From positions 32,001 through 96,000 of IMG/VR virus record IMGVR_UViG_3300029922_000013: 64,000 nt of DNA; one strand, 5' to 3'. Below the pieces are notes generated by a model. The model was given only the letters and a program-made list of their open reading frames with translations, was not told where the DNA came from and did no database searches. The translations under genes were made by a program, and so were the position numbers. This DNA is from a virus. Shown one piece after another: positions 37,547 to 48,200 of the stretch. Numbering within the stretch: the first letter of the stretch is position 1; each line of letters starts with the position of its first letter.

Positions 37547-37780
37547 ATGAAAAAACCATTTAAAGCTGGGGATAAAGTTCAAGCAGTGGATCTGGAAAAA
37601 TACTTGAAACATAAAATTAAGGAACCGGATTTGAATCACGCACAAGTTTATGAAGTATTGGATTGCTTTTATGATCAAGATTTTAAAAGGTTTGTTCTAA
37701 ACTTGGCCGGCAAAATACTTCGTGGATCTGACGGTTCAAAATTAATGGACGATGCTAATTATTATATAAAAGTTCAGTAA
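37547..37780 (+). CDS. Hypothetical protein
   Basis: 77 aa; AGGAG RBS. Confidence 0.65.
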   Translation: MKKPFKAGDKVQAVDLEKYLKHKIKEPDLNHAQVYEVLDCFYDQDFKRFVLNLAGKILRGSDGSKLMDDANYYIKVQ

Positions 37781-37792
37781 ATAGGAGTATAT

Positions 37793-37975
37793 ATGGCAAA
37801 GAAAGCTACGAAGGCCACAGAAGAACAAACGACTAACGAATCCCGTGACAGAGAGATTGATGAAGCGCTTGCTCTAGTAAAACAGCATGAAGAAGTTATT
37901 GAAAATTTTAGGACTAGTTTTAAGAATCTGGAGCATTCCATAGCTCTTCTTAAAGAACGTAATCGTTTGCGATAG
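37793..37975 (+). CDS. Hypothetical coiled-coil protein
   Basis: 60 aa; AGGAG RBS. Confidence 0.65.
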   Translation: MAKKATKATEEQTTNESRDREIDEALALVKQHEEVIENFRTSFKNLEHSIALLKERNRLR

Positions 37976-37978
37976 TTT

Positions 37979-38123
37979 TGTACGGTGACGAACCTAAGAG
38001 TCAGTTAATTAGTCGAGCCAGGGTCCAACCGGGTGTAGACAAAACAAAGCCGTACATTAAACGTAGGTTAAGCCACGGGTGAGGGCAATTAAAGGCGAAC
38101 TGTTAGTCCAGCCGCCTACGTTT
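37979..38123 (+). ncRNA. Two tandem putative multi-stem RNAs
   Basis: Closing stems TGTACGG/CCGTACA (37979-38056) and AAACGTAGG/CCTACGTTT (38059-38123) with internal hairpins; GC-richer than flanks. Confidence 0.4.
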
Positions 38124-38127
38124 TTTC

Positions 38128-38156
38128 TTGACTTACCATAAAAATTAGCTTAAACT
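38128..38156 (+). promoter_or_regulatory. Sigma70-type promoter, leaderless
   Basis: TTGACT-17-TAAACT, 8 nt before ATG 38165. Confidence 0.65.
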
Positions 38157-38164
38157 TCCTGTGA

Positions 38165-40345
38165 ATGCTAAAATTAAAAAAGCTCATAATTTGCAATATC
38201 GGTCGTTTTGTAGAAGAACAAACTATAGATTTCGATAGTTTGGGCAACATTGTTCAAGTTGATGCCGAAAACAGACTCACTGGTGGAAGTAGTGGAAGCG
38301 GAAAGTCCACCATATTCAATGCCTTGGACTGGCTATTAGGTTTTTCTAGTCTATCTTTAGGAGTCCTACAATCTCGTTTAACCAAAGATGCGGCCTTTGC
38401 TGAAGGTCACTTCGAGTGGGATGATAAGAAAGTCATCATAAAACGTGCCAAAAAGCTTTCTATAACTATAGATGGTATTGAAACTACGGGTTCAAGTAAA
38501 TTAACCGAAGAGTTGCTAGACCAAATCCTTGGTGTTCCCAGGGATCTGTTTCGTCCCCTCCTTCATAAAAAACAAGGGGAACATGGATTCTTTCTTCAGT
38601 TTACGCCTTCGCAAATGAACAATTTTCTTACAGATTCCTTGGGTCTATCTACTGTTCGTTCTAAAATTGATATAATTGATGAAAAAACTAAGGATTTAGC
38701 ATCCATTAAGATTGACAAATCGAGTTCTTTGGAAGCTGCTAAAGCTGCCCTAAAAGCCACCCAGGAAGCCCTGCAGTCGCTAGGAGCTGAACCAACTACC
38801 GATGCATCCGAAATCTTGTTGGAAGGCTGGAAGGGTCAATACGATGCCTCCAAAGCGATTTTGGTTGAGGTTCAATCCAGGCACAGACAAGAAAAAGACG
38901 CATTAGAGCAAAAAAAGCCTAAACTAATTTCCTTTACTTTGGACAGAGCCCACCTAAGCGCTTTGGAAGCCGAAAACAAAACTATTAACGACAAGATCAT
39001 TGGGATAATGAATGTCGAGAAAGATAGGCAATCTACCGTTAATAGAGAAATATCAAACTATAAAATTGAAATCAATACCCGTCAAAACGCTCTTAAGTTA
39101 GAAAATAGCAAAGAAAATTCAACCATTAAAAGTGAAATCGCGAAGCTTACCAACCAAGTCCAGTTGGGTAAAGCTTCTAAAGAAGAGGCTATAAAGATCG
39201 CTGGTCGCATTAAAACGCTGAGAAGCGGGGTCTGTCATACTTGCGAACAGTCTTGGGTGACTGATAATGCCAAAAATGAAGAGCAAATACTTCTTCAAGA
39301 AATTTCTAAACATAGAACTAATATTGAGCTTTCTAGTCAAGCTGAAACACAGATTAGTACACTGAAATGTACATTAGATGTTACAAATGAGCGTTATAAT
39401 GCACAACTCGCCCTTTTGGAGCAAGAGTCCAACAATCAGTTGGTAGTTTTGGCAGAAAAAAGTAGATCCCAAACTTCATTAGAAATTCACTCATTGAATA
39501 CCGAGATTAGCCGTATTTCTAAATTGCACGCCGAAGAAAGAGCCAAGGAAGATCTACATACAACCAATCAAAATCTTGAAAATCGCAAAGCCATGGAGAA
39601 TTTCTTTGTAGAGCAAAAAGCTCTTGCCGCTAAACACGAGGCGGAATTAAGCGAAATCAACAAGACAATTAACGAGAATCGTTCTCAATATGAAAGTGTT
39701 AGAGGATCTCTAATAGCTCACAAAGAAGCTTTGATGCGTTATGGAAGTTCTTCGAATGCTTCTAGGACCCAGGAATGGGAACTGAACCAAAAAGTAGATC
39801 AAATGAACCAAGAATTGGTGCAAACGAATGAGAGATTGGAGCTGATGGAAGAGGCCAAAAGGTGTTTAAAATCATATCTTTCTTGCTCTTTTGATGATGC
39901 TTTAGAGAGCATATCTGATTCCGCAACTCGAATCCTGCGCTCAATACCTACCATGGCCAATTCAACGATTAGGCTGGAAGGAACCAGGGAAACCGATAAG
40001 GGGGCTATAAAAGAACAGGTCACAGCAGAGATCGATAATGATGGTGAGATTTCCGTTCCAATCAAGAGTCTTTCTGGAGGAGAACGCTCAGCTGTGGATC
40101 TTGCTGTTGATTTTGCCGTTTGCGAGATGCTTCAGGAACGCAACAATGTTGGAATTGACACAATGATTCTAGATGAGCCCTTTAATGGGTTTGATTCTGT
40201 TGGTATTGAGCATGCCCTGGAAATGCTTAAGACTTTTGCTGTCAACAAGAGAGTTCTCATCGTGGAACATGACAGCGTGGCCAAGGAATTCATTAACGAC
40301 CGCATTACTGTTATTCGTGAAAACGAAACAAGTTTCATAAAATAA
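38165..40345 (+). CDS. SbcC/Rad50-like ATPase
   Basis: GSGKS, coiled coil with CHTC zinc hook, LSGGE, ILDEP, IVEH. Confidence 0.9.
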   Translation: MLKLKKLIICNIGRFVEEQTIDFDSLGNIVQVDAENRLTGGSSGSGKSTIFNALDWLLGFSSLSLGVLQSRLTKDAAFAEGHFEWDDKKVIIKRAKKLSITIDGIETTGSSKLTEELLDQILGVPRDLFRPLLHKKQGEHGFFLQFTPSQMNNFLTDSLGLSTVRSKIDIIDEKTKDLASIKIDKSSSLEAAKAALKATQEALQSLGAEPTTDASEILLEGWKGQYDASKAILVEVQSRHRQEKDALEQKKPKLISFTLDRAHLSALEAENKTINDKIIGIMNVEKDRQSTVNREISNYKIEINTRQNALKLENSKENSTIKSEIAKLTNQVQLGKASKEEAIKIAGRIKTLRSGVCHTCEQSWVTDNAKNEEQILLQEISKHRTNIELSSQAETQISTLKCTLDVTNERYNAQLALLEQESNNQLVVLAEKSRSQTSLEIHSLNTEISRISKLHAEERAKEDLHTTNQNLENRKAMENFFVEQKALAAKHEAELSEINKTINENRSQYESVRGSLIAHKEALMRYGSSSNASRTQEWELNQKVDQMNQELVQTNERLELMEEAKRCLKSYLSCSFDDALESISDSATRILRSIPTMANSTIRLEGTRETDKGAIKEQVTAEIDNDGEISVPIKSLSGGERSAVDLAVDFAVCEMLQERNNVGIDTMILDEPFNGFDSVGIEHALEMLKTFAVNKRVLIVEHDSVAKEFINDRITVIRENETSFIK

Positions 40346-40395
40346 AGGTTGACTTTTTGAAACATGAATAGTACTCTTCTTATAGAGGCTAATAA

Positions 40396-40650
40396 ATGAC
40401 AACTTACTTGATTACCAAAAGTGATTTATTCAAAATTGTAAGTGATGCGAAAGTAAAAATGTCCAATATAAGTCTTCCTCTCTATCTTTCTGATCAAGAA
40501 GTAGAGCAAAGAGAACTGGCCAGTGTGGCCATTTTAGAGTCCGTAGTTATGTTTTTAAATAGTAAGGGTTTTTTAAACCAGCAACTTGGGCTGGATGTGA
40601 CTGATCCGGGATGTATGCACGATAACGAATTGCCTTTAGAACAGGAGTAA
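40396..40650 (+). CDS. Hypothetical protein
   Basis: 84 aa; GAGG RBS. Confidence 0.6.
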   Translation: MTTYLITKSDLFKIVSDAKVKMSNISLPLYLSDQEVEQRELASVAILESVVMFLNSKGFLNQQLGLDVTDPGCMHDNELPLEQE

Positions 40651-40653
40651 AAT

Positions 40654-40956
40654 ATGGGACGACCGAAAAAAGAGCCACTGACTGAAATGCAAAAGATCGC
40701 TAAAAAAATTGGGAGTGATGCTGAGGAAGTTCTAAAAGAGCTAGAAGCTATGGATACTGCAGACTTAAACAAGCGAATTGCACAAGCTAATTCTGCCATA
40801 AGCGACACAAAAGCCGAACTAAACGAAAATCAGGCGTACATCGAAGCTAAAGAAAATGTGAAGCTCCTTTCGAGCGGATTTAGGGAAGTAAAGGCTAGAC
40901 AGAATGCAATTATTGCTGTAGCTGTACAACTCCGCAAGGACCGAGGAGAAGCTTGA
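40654..40956 (+). CDS. Hypothetical helical protein
   Basis: 100 aa; AGGAG RBS; N-terminal GRPKK. Confidence 0.65.
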   Translation: MGRPKKEPLTEMQKIAKKIGSDAEEVLKELEAMDTADLNKRIAQANSAISDTKAELNENQAYIEAKENVKLLSSGFREVKARQNAIIAVAVQLRKDRGEA

Positions 40957-41573
40957 AATCTGAACGGATACTAGCACTTGATATTAGCACCAAAACAGGT
41001 TACTGTGTGGCTATGTCTTCGGATGAAGGTATTCACCTAGAATCCCATGGTCAGATACCAAAAGTAGAGTGTCCGGACGAAAGATATCCAGATTCATATG
41101 TAAGTTGGGCTTATACGTGTTATGAAGCTATTGAAAAGTTGTTTAATGAATACGCACCTGATGTTTTGATAGTTGAAGAGACTACTAGAAGTAAGAACTC
41201 GTTTAGTCAAAAGATCCTGGAATTCTGCCATTTTTTGGTGGCTAAACTTATCAAAGAAACCGGTATTAAGTGCGTGTATTTCCAGACTGGAGACTGGCGT
41301 AAAGAAGTTGGCAGTTACATGAATGAAGAGGAACGTCAGCACAACAAGGAAGTCAAAGGTTACAAGAAGAAGAATAAAACAGCCGTAGCCTATGATATAA
41401 ATGGTAAAAGAGTTGGAATGATTGGTAAAAAACATGTAACTATTAGATTAATCAATCAAGTATTCGGTAAGTTTTTTAAGGAACCGATGCGTAAGAAAAA
41501 CGAAGATGAATGTGACGCCATGGCTTTAGCACTTTGTTACCACAAGAAACGTGAAAGAGGTTTATATGTCTAA
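40953..41573 (+). CDS. RuvC-like Holliday junction resolvase
   Basis: ILALDISTKTGY, LIVEE, DECDAMALA. Confidence 0.75.
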   Translation: MKSERILALDISTKTGYCVAMSSDEGIHLESHGQIPKVECPDERYPDSYVSWAYTCYEAIEKLFNEYAPDVLIVEETTRSKNSFSQKILEFCHFLVAKLIKETGIKCVYFQTGDWRKEVGSYMNEEERQHNKEVKGYKKKNKTAVAYDINGKRVGMIGKKHVTIRLINQVFGKFFKEPMRKKNEDECDAMALALCYHKKRERGLYV

Positions 41574-42495
41574 AAAATTCTGGGATGATGATAGCGGTTT
41601 TTCAGATAATCCTGTTCAATATAAAGATGGCAAGTGGCAAGAAGGTGACACCTATACACCAGTTCCTGACAATACTCTTAGGAATTCAAGACCTCAAGCG
41701 CATCAGCAACCTAAGCCTGTAGCGCCACAAGAAGTGAGTCTAGAAGAACTTATTGAACAAGTTTCTCAAGAAGATGATGAAGAAGACTTTGAATCCGTAC
41801 TTTCCGATGCCCGTCTGCGCCTAGAACAAGGCAAGCTCTACGAGATGGTCATGCAGCACGATCTCTTCAGCGGCCTAGAAGTTGATCCAAGAGCTACAAA
41901 AAGTGTTCAGAAACAAATTCGAAAGTTTGCCCAAGAACGCATGGAAATAATGCTTGGAATGCGTCAAGAAAAGGATGCTCAAAATACGATCGTTTCTTCG
42001 CCTTTCAATGATACAGAAGTTACTGTCCTAAAAATGCTTGCAGAAAAGGCTTCTGGTGGTCTAAGCAAATCTGAAGAAGCTAATAGGCCTCACCCTGTTC
42101 AAACAACTCAAGTGGCCAAGAAAACAACTATAAATACCATAGGGTCTAAGCCCAAAGCTCTGGTAAAGCCTGTTCAAAAGAAGGTTGAGCCTCTTCAGCG
42201 GCCTAAAGTTCAAGCTAAGCCTCTGTTGCCACCTGAAATGGAACCAGACTACGAGCCACTCGACAAGCCTATACATGAAATGACTGCGGCAGAACTTGCA
42301 GAGCGGGATAAACAGGCCTTGGAACGTCAAAAGAATAGAAAGTCAGCTATTCCAGCCGACAGAGCGCCGATGCCAGACTACGCTACAATGGAAATGATCG
42401 CGTCTAGCCAAGTGAATAAAGCTGTCGGGAATCCTCAAAAAGGTAATCTGTCAGCCATGATCATGGCCAATCTCAAGGGTGCCGGCAAGATATGA
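41566..42495 (+). CDS. Hypothetical protein
   Basis: ~309 aa; GAGG RBS before ATG 41566. Confidence 0.7.
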   Translation: MSKKFWDDDSGFSDNPVQYKDGKWQEGDTYTPVPDNTLRNSRPQAHQQPKPVAPQEVSLEELIEQVSQEDDEEDFESVLSDARLRLEQGKLYEMVMQHDLFSGLEVDPRATKSVQKQIRKFAQERMEIMLGMRQEKDAQNTIVSSPFNDTEVTVLKMLAEKASGGLSKSEEANRPHPVQTTQVAKKTTINTIGSKPKALVKPVQKKVEPLQRPKVQAKPLLPPEMEPDYEPLDKPIHEMTAAELAERDKQALERQKNRKSAIPADRAPMPDYATMEMIASSQVNKAVGNPQKGNLSAMIMANLKGAGKI

Positions 42496-42971
42496 AAAAA
42501 AAGATCGAAAGAACTAAGAAGAATACGAAATGTTTCTTTGAATGGTGTCAAAAAAATCGCTCAAAGTCTACCAATAGTGGTAGAAGTATATACTGTAATT
42601 CTCATCGGCAGAGAGCAACTATAAATACTTTTTTAAGTAGCCTGCATAGAGGTATGAAACGAAGAGTGGAAGGGAAAAATTCTCATAATAGAGGAAATTG
42701 GAAAGGCAAACCACTTCTTCCTAGAGATATTTTTATGACTTGGGCCAAAAATCATCCTGACTTTCTAAGTCTTTATAAAAGATATATTATGAATAAATTT
42801 GACAGAAAATTAGCGCCTTCTATTAATAGAATTGATTCCAACAAAGGTTACACTCTAGATAACATTGAGTGGATGACCAGTTCTCAAAATTCAGGATTAG
42901 CTGGCACAGTTAAAAAAATGAACAACAGAGAAAAGAAAGTAATTTATCAAGTATTGGGAGTAAAACAATGA
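42492..42971 (+). CDS. HNH-like endonuclease
   Basis: PSINRIDSNKGYTLDNIEWMTSSQN. Confidence 0.7.
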   Translation: MKKKIERTKKNTKCFFEWCQKNRSKSTNSGRSIYCNSHRQRATINTFLSSLHRGMKRRVEGKNSHNRGNWKGKPLLPRDIFMTWAKNHPDFLSLYKRYIMNKFDRKLAPSINRIDSNKGYTLDNIEWMTSSQNSGLAGTVKKMNNREKKVIYQVLGVKQ

Positions 42972-43720
42972 AAAATAGTAAAAAGTTAGAAAAGATTCTT
43001 TTGATTCCAGATTCGCATTTTCCTTATGAAGATAAAAAAGCTTTTGAGCTTATGTTGAAGGTAGCAAAGAGTTTTAAACCTGACCATTCAATCATTCTAG
43101 GAGATTTCATCGATTGCTACTCGGTTAGTTCTCACTCCAAGCATCCTAACCGTGCCCTTAAGCTTAAAGACGAAGTTGAGGCCACCAGAGAAGCTTTGGA
43201 CAGAGTCAAAGCCATTGGTGCTAAAAACAATGTTTTTGTGTCTGGTAATCACGAAGATCGCCTAGAACGTTATTTGATGGATCGTGCTCCGGAACTGTTT
43301 GACTTCATTTCGACGCCCCACATTTTGGAACTGAAAGAAAAGGGGTTCAAGTATATACCTTACAAACAATCCTACAAGCTAGGCAAGTTGAACGTTACTC
43401 ACGATACTGGGGTAGCCGGCAGGTACGCTCACTATAAGTCGATGGATGCTTTCCAGCATAACATCGTTATTGGGCATACTCATCGTCTGGGCTATGCTGT
43501 AGAAGGCAACGCTCAGGGAGAACGGCATGTTACAGCCATGTTTGGCTGGCTCGGCGATGTAGAACAAATTGACTACATGCACCGGGTCAAGGCCATTAAA
43601 GACTGGAGTTTGGGCTTTGGAATTGGATACTTGGAACCCAAGACTGGAACTGTATATTTGGTTCCAATTCCAATTGTCAACTATACTTGTGTTGTAGAAG
43701 GTAAACTTTACAGTCTTTGA
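42968..43720 (+). CDS. Calcineurin-like metallophosphoesterase
   Basis: PDSH, LGDFID, GNHEDR, GHTHR motifs. Confidence 0.85.
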   Translation: MKNSKKLEKILLIPDSHFPYEDKKAFELMLKVAKSFKPDHSIILGDFIDCYSVSSHSKHPNRALKLKDEVEATREALDRVKAIGAKNNVFVSGNHEDRLERYLMDRAPELFDFISTPHILELKEKGFKYIPYKQSYKLGKLNVTHDTGVAGRYAHYKSMDAFQHNIVIGHTHRLGYAVEGNAQGERHVTAMFGWLGDVEQIDYMHRVKAIKDWSLGFGIGYLEPKTGTVYLVPIPIVNYTCVVEGKLYSL

Positions 43721-43730
43721 AAGTGATTTA

Positions 43731-44114
43731 ATGGGAAAACAAGAAGAACTCATAAAATTGGATAGGGCTATTAAAGATGCTGAAGTCAGGATTAGAACTT
43801 TTGCTACTAATGTAGACACTTTACAAAAAGAAATAGACTTCCTATTGAATATAGAGAGACAACTAGAAGAAAATATAGCCTATCTTAAAAATATCAAAAT
43901 AGTGGCTTTAGCTATGGAATACAAAAAAGCTAAGGAAGACTTAAAGAAAACTAAGACTAGGATATCTCAAGTTAGTGTAGATAGAACCAATAACGAGAAA
44001 GCTGTTAAAGAAATAGAGTTTCTGTTGCAAAAGAATAAAGAGGCATATGATCAACTTACAAAGAATAGCGAAAACAACGTCCTACAGGGAAAGTTTGGGA
44101 AGCCTCGTGATTAA
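43731..44114 (+). CDS. Hypothetical coiled-coil protein
   Basis: 127 aa heptad pattern. Confidence 0.65.
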   Translation: MGKQEELIKLDRAIKDAEVRIRTFATNVDTLQKEIDFLLNIERQLEENIAYLKNIKIVALAMEYKKAKEDLKKTKTRISQVSVDRTNNEKAVKEIEFLLQKNKEAYDQLTKNSENNVLQGKFGKPRD

Positions 44115-44337
44115 GGAAGATTTCAAAAAAAGAATATTAGAAGACCCCGATTTCATTAAATGCTTTAAGTGCAGTAATTCACTCAGCAAGTTCTTGGCTA
44201 GTAGTTCAAAAACGCTTGAGAATTCAACGATTGCTAAACTTCTCATGTTAACTGAAAAAGAAGTTGAAGAAATATATCAAGAAGCTGTTGACAAATTAAA
44301 AGAAGGTGTGGTAGAGTCTGGTTCAGAGGATACGTAA
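44107..44337 (+). CDS. Stand-alone sigma region-4-like HTH protein
   Basis: TIAKLLMLTEKEVEEIYQEAVDKLK fits region 4.2 spacing; GTG at 44107 preferred over 44047. Confidence 0.5.
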   Translation: MIKEDFKKRILEDPDFIKCFKCSNSLSKFLASSSKTLENSTIAKLLMLTEKEVEEIYQEAVDKLKEGVVESGSEDT

Positions 44338-44338
44338 A

Positions 44339-44512
44339 ATGGAAAACGAAATATGTCTACAATGTTCCGGAACTGAATCAGTAATCAAGCCTAAAGAAGC
44401 TCATCAAAACGGATCTAGCTATATCTTTAATCTAACCTTGGATTGCGATTGCGCAGTAGAAAAAATTGCAGAAATGGATATTCATTCTGCTAAGTTTTTG
44501 AGGATGATCTGA
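44339..44512 (+). CDS. Small Cys-containing protein
   Basis: 57 aa filling the gap exactly; CLQC and CDC; not in the ORF track. Confidence 0.5.
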   Translation: MENEICLQCSGTESVIKPKEAHQNGSSYIFNLTLDCDCAVEKIAEMDIHSAKFLRMI

Positions 44513-44513
44513 A

Positions 44514-45149
44514 ATGTCTAATTTCTATCTAGCTTTTGACTCGGAAACTGGTGGTCTAAATCCTAAAAAAGCAGACATGCTGACTCTGTACATGGCTGTC
44601 ATAGATGAAGATTTTAAAGTTCTGGAAGAGTTGGATTTTAAGTTAAAGCCTGATGGGGATCGACTACCTATTGCTGAAGCTGGTGCGCTGAAGGTTAACG
44701 GCATAGATTTACGGAAACATCTGGAAGATCCAGAAATTATTACTTATTCTGAAGCAAAAGAAAAAGTAGTAGTTATGATTAAAAAATATCTTAAAAAGAA
44801 CGGAAGATATAGCAATATCAGACCTTTAGGACAGAACGTTCAATTCGATATAGATTATGTTCAGGAATATGTCCTACCTAAGGACGAATGGGATTCCATG
44901 GTCCATTATGGGAAAGTGGATACTAAGATTTGTGTGGATTTTCTAAAGGATTGTGGTTGGTTCCCCAAGGATATCGGTAATTTAGGATCTATCGTAAGTT
45001 ATCTAAACATACCTATGGGAAAAGCCCACACAGCAAAGGCCGATACATTGGCTTGTGTTGAAGTGTACAAGAAACTGCTAGAACTCATGAAAAGTAAAAA
45101 GGATAACAGTCAATCAGTTGACTTAATCTCCTTGCTGGAGGCTGAATGA
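44514..45149 (+). CDS. DEDDh 3'-5' exonuclease (DnaQ-like)
   Basis: FDSETGG, GQNVQFD, AHTAKAD; upstream of DnaE. Confidence 0.85.
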   Translation: MSNFYLAFDSETGGLNPKKADMLTLYMAVIDEDFKVLEELDFKLKPDGDRLPIAEAGALKVNGIDLRKHLEDPEIITYSEAKEKVVVMIKKYLKKNGRYSNIRPLGQNVQFDIDYVQEYVLPKDEWDSMVHYGKVDTKICVDFLKDCGWFPKDIGNLGSIVSYLNIPMGKAHTAKADTLACVEVYKKLLELMKSKKDNSQSVDLISLLEAE

Positions 45150-45268
45150 GCGATAAGAAGCCCTCAGATATACCTAAGCCTATTTCTGATGGGCAACGTA
45201 AAACTAAGATCAATCGTCGTAAAACTGCTAAAAAGTCTAGGTTGGCCAATAAGAGGAAGGGTAAATGA
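45146..45268 (+). CDS. Small basic peptide
   Basis: 40 aa K/R-rich; ATGA overlaps at both ends. Confidence 0.45.
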   Translation: MSDKKPSDIPKPISDGQRKTKINRRKTAKKSRLANKRKGK

Positions 45269-48200
45269 AAGTCTCTCCACACACTCATGTAGAATCCTTT
45301 TTGACAGCATCTAATCTGGATACCTTCATAGAACGTGCTGTGGCTCTTAAGCGCAGTTATTTCTCATGCACAGACCATGGATATCTATATTCTAGCTTTA
45401 AAGCTTATAAACAAGCCAAAGAAGCCAAACTTAAGCCTATTTTGGGTCTAGAGTTCTATTTTAAGGACCCCATGTGTCCTGCGACCTCTGGAACTAGAGC
45501 TGACCGATGTTCCTATTACTCAGCTACCGTTTATTGCGAAGACCAAGAAGCTTACCAAGCTTTGTGTAAATTGGTATCTAGAACAGACTTTCAAACTATC
45601 GAAGTTAGAGAAGAAAGCCAGAATCTTTTTACCTGGGCCGATCTTGAATTGCTGTCTAAGTACAATACCAACCTAGTCTTAGGCGGTCCTCATTGTATCG
45701 TGGGAAAAGCCTATCTAGCTTCTAGTGCAGAAATAGGTTTAAAAGTTTTCAATGAACTGCGCTCTTTATTCGAGGATCGTTTATACGTTGCCATGATTTG
45801 TGAGCCATGGGACAAAAAATACGCTAGAGTTATAAAAATTAAGTACACTGACGGCACTTCTGACTCTATTATGGGTTCTGATATCGTTAGTACTGACAAA
45901 GCCCGTAAGATCAAAGCCTCAGACCTTATAGAGCGTTCTGGACACTCTGTGATCGTTTCTAAGGTAGTTGGGGGTATGTTTACGAAGGTAGACAAAGATA
46001 TCGACACAGTTAAGCTACACACGGGATATTTGCCTTTGCCCTGCGATGTAACGTTAAAAATCAATAAGTTTTTGAAGCTTTTGGCTGATAGGTATAATGT
46101 ACCAGTTCTAGCTTCTGATTATGCCTATTACGCCCACAAGGAAGACAAAGTAGTCCAGCATGTGGTTTTGGAAGGTAAAGACAAGATTCGTGCCAATCAG
46201 CACATGAGAACCGAAGAAGAAATTTACCACTATCTTTATAATAAACTGAACTTGTCTCAAGAAGAAGCTGCAAAAGTTCTGGCCAATAATGACAAATGGG
46301 CTAGCCTATTTGACAATTTTAAGCTAGAGTATCAATGGCGGTTGGCAGATCCAGGCGGAGACCCGCTCAAGAAAGCTATGGACATCATCAAGCGCAATGG
46401 TCGCATGCGATGGGATGACCCGGTTTACGTGGATAGGCTTCGTACAGAAATTAAAGTCATTGCTAAAAATGGAATTAAAGATCTGACCCCCTATTTTCTA
46501 CCTATTGTGGAGATCTTAGATCATTATACAGAACAAAAGCAGCTTACTAGTGTCGGTCGTGGATCTGCAGGAGGCAGCCTATTTTGCTATTTATTGGGGA
46601 TAACCAATATAGATCCTATTCGTTATAACTTGCCTTTTAGTCGATTTTTCTCCAAGACTCGTATCGAGATGAAAAAACTTCCAGATATTGATACGGATTT
46701 GCCCCAGAAGATCACTTTAATCGGCGAAGATGGAAACTCCGGCTTTCTATATAAAAGATGGGGCAATTGTGCTGGACATATTTCAACTAGACAAACCGTT
46801 AGGTTACGTTCGTCCATCAAAGATGCTGATCGATATTTAAATGGAAAAGTATCTCAGGATATTGAACGGTTGACGGCTGGATTGCCACTGCCACCGCAAC
46901 TAGTTAGCGACAAAAACTTTGTGTTTGGATATGAAAACGAAGAAGAAGGCGGGGAACACATTCCTGGTCTAGTTGACACTAATGAAGATTTGCAGAAATA
47001 TATAAAAGACCGTCCCAAAGATTGGAACATAGTGTCCAAAGCTTTGGGGATAACTCGGGCTTTTGGTAAGCATGCCTGCGCCCAGGTCTTGTCCGACATT
47101 CCCCTAGATCAAATCATCCCTCTTAAAGAAGGGTACATTACACATTATACTCATAAAGAAGCGGAAGCCGCTGGTTTGGTTAAGTACGATTTTTTGACCA
47201 TCTCCCAACTTTTAGATATCCAGGTATGCCTGGAACTAATAAACAAGAAAAACGGAGATGATTTTCAACCCGGTTATTTTACACATAATGGAGTTAAAAC
47301 GTACATTTGGGATCTTCCAGAAGATCTTTTGACCTATAAAAGCATCTGGAGTGGAAACACGGTTTCTCTGTTCCAAATCAATTCCAAAGGAATGTCGGAC
47401 TTGGCTCAAAAGATCAAACCCACCAGATTGGAAGACTTAGCTTCAATTCTAGCACTGGAACGTCCCGGCCCTAAAGACTACATTGATCCAGTTACTGGAT
47501 TGAACATGGTGGAAGAATACGTGTTGCGTCGTAATGGTGAATCGGAGCCAGACATAAAAGAACTGGCTGAGATTCTTCCAGACACCTATGGGACTCTTTG
47601 CTATCAAGAAGATCTTGGGAAAGTTGCGAAACTACTGGCTGGATTTAGCGATGAAGATGCGGAATTGCTTAGAGAGAGCATGGCTAAAAAGAACATGCCT
47701 AAGCTTACAAAAATTAAGCCATCTTTTATAGCCGGAGCAGTTAAGAAGGTTTCTTTAGAAACTGCCGAAAAAATTTGGGAACAAATGGTGACTTTCGGAA
47801 GATATGGATTCTCCATTATCCATAGTTATGAATATGCTATGGTTACCTACGCTTGCATGTTTTTGCGTCATAATTACGAACTTGCCTGGTGGTCTGCCGT
47901 TCTCTCTAACGCTCAAGAAAAAGAAATCACGGGCAAATTTTGGCCGCACGTAAAGAACTTGGTTGCTCCTCCAGACATCAATTTAAGCACCGACACTATG
48001 GTTCCTGACTATGCTAATCATAAAATTAGGGCAAAACTTGGAGTGATTAGAGGCATCGGGGATGCCACTATCGATCCTATAGTAGCTAATCGTCCTTATA
48101 AAGACATACAAGATTTTGTTGATAAGGACGTAGCGGGCAGAACTTTGGCCCATAAACTAGTTCACGTCGGAATTTTAGACTCTTTGTTTAAGCCTAATAT

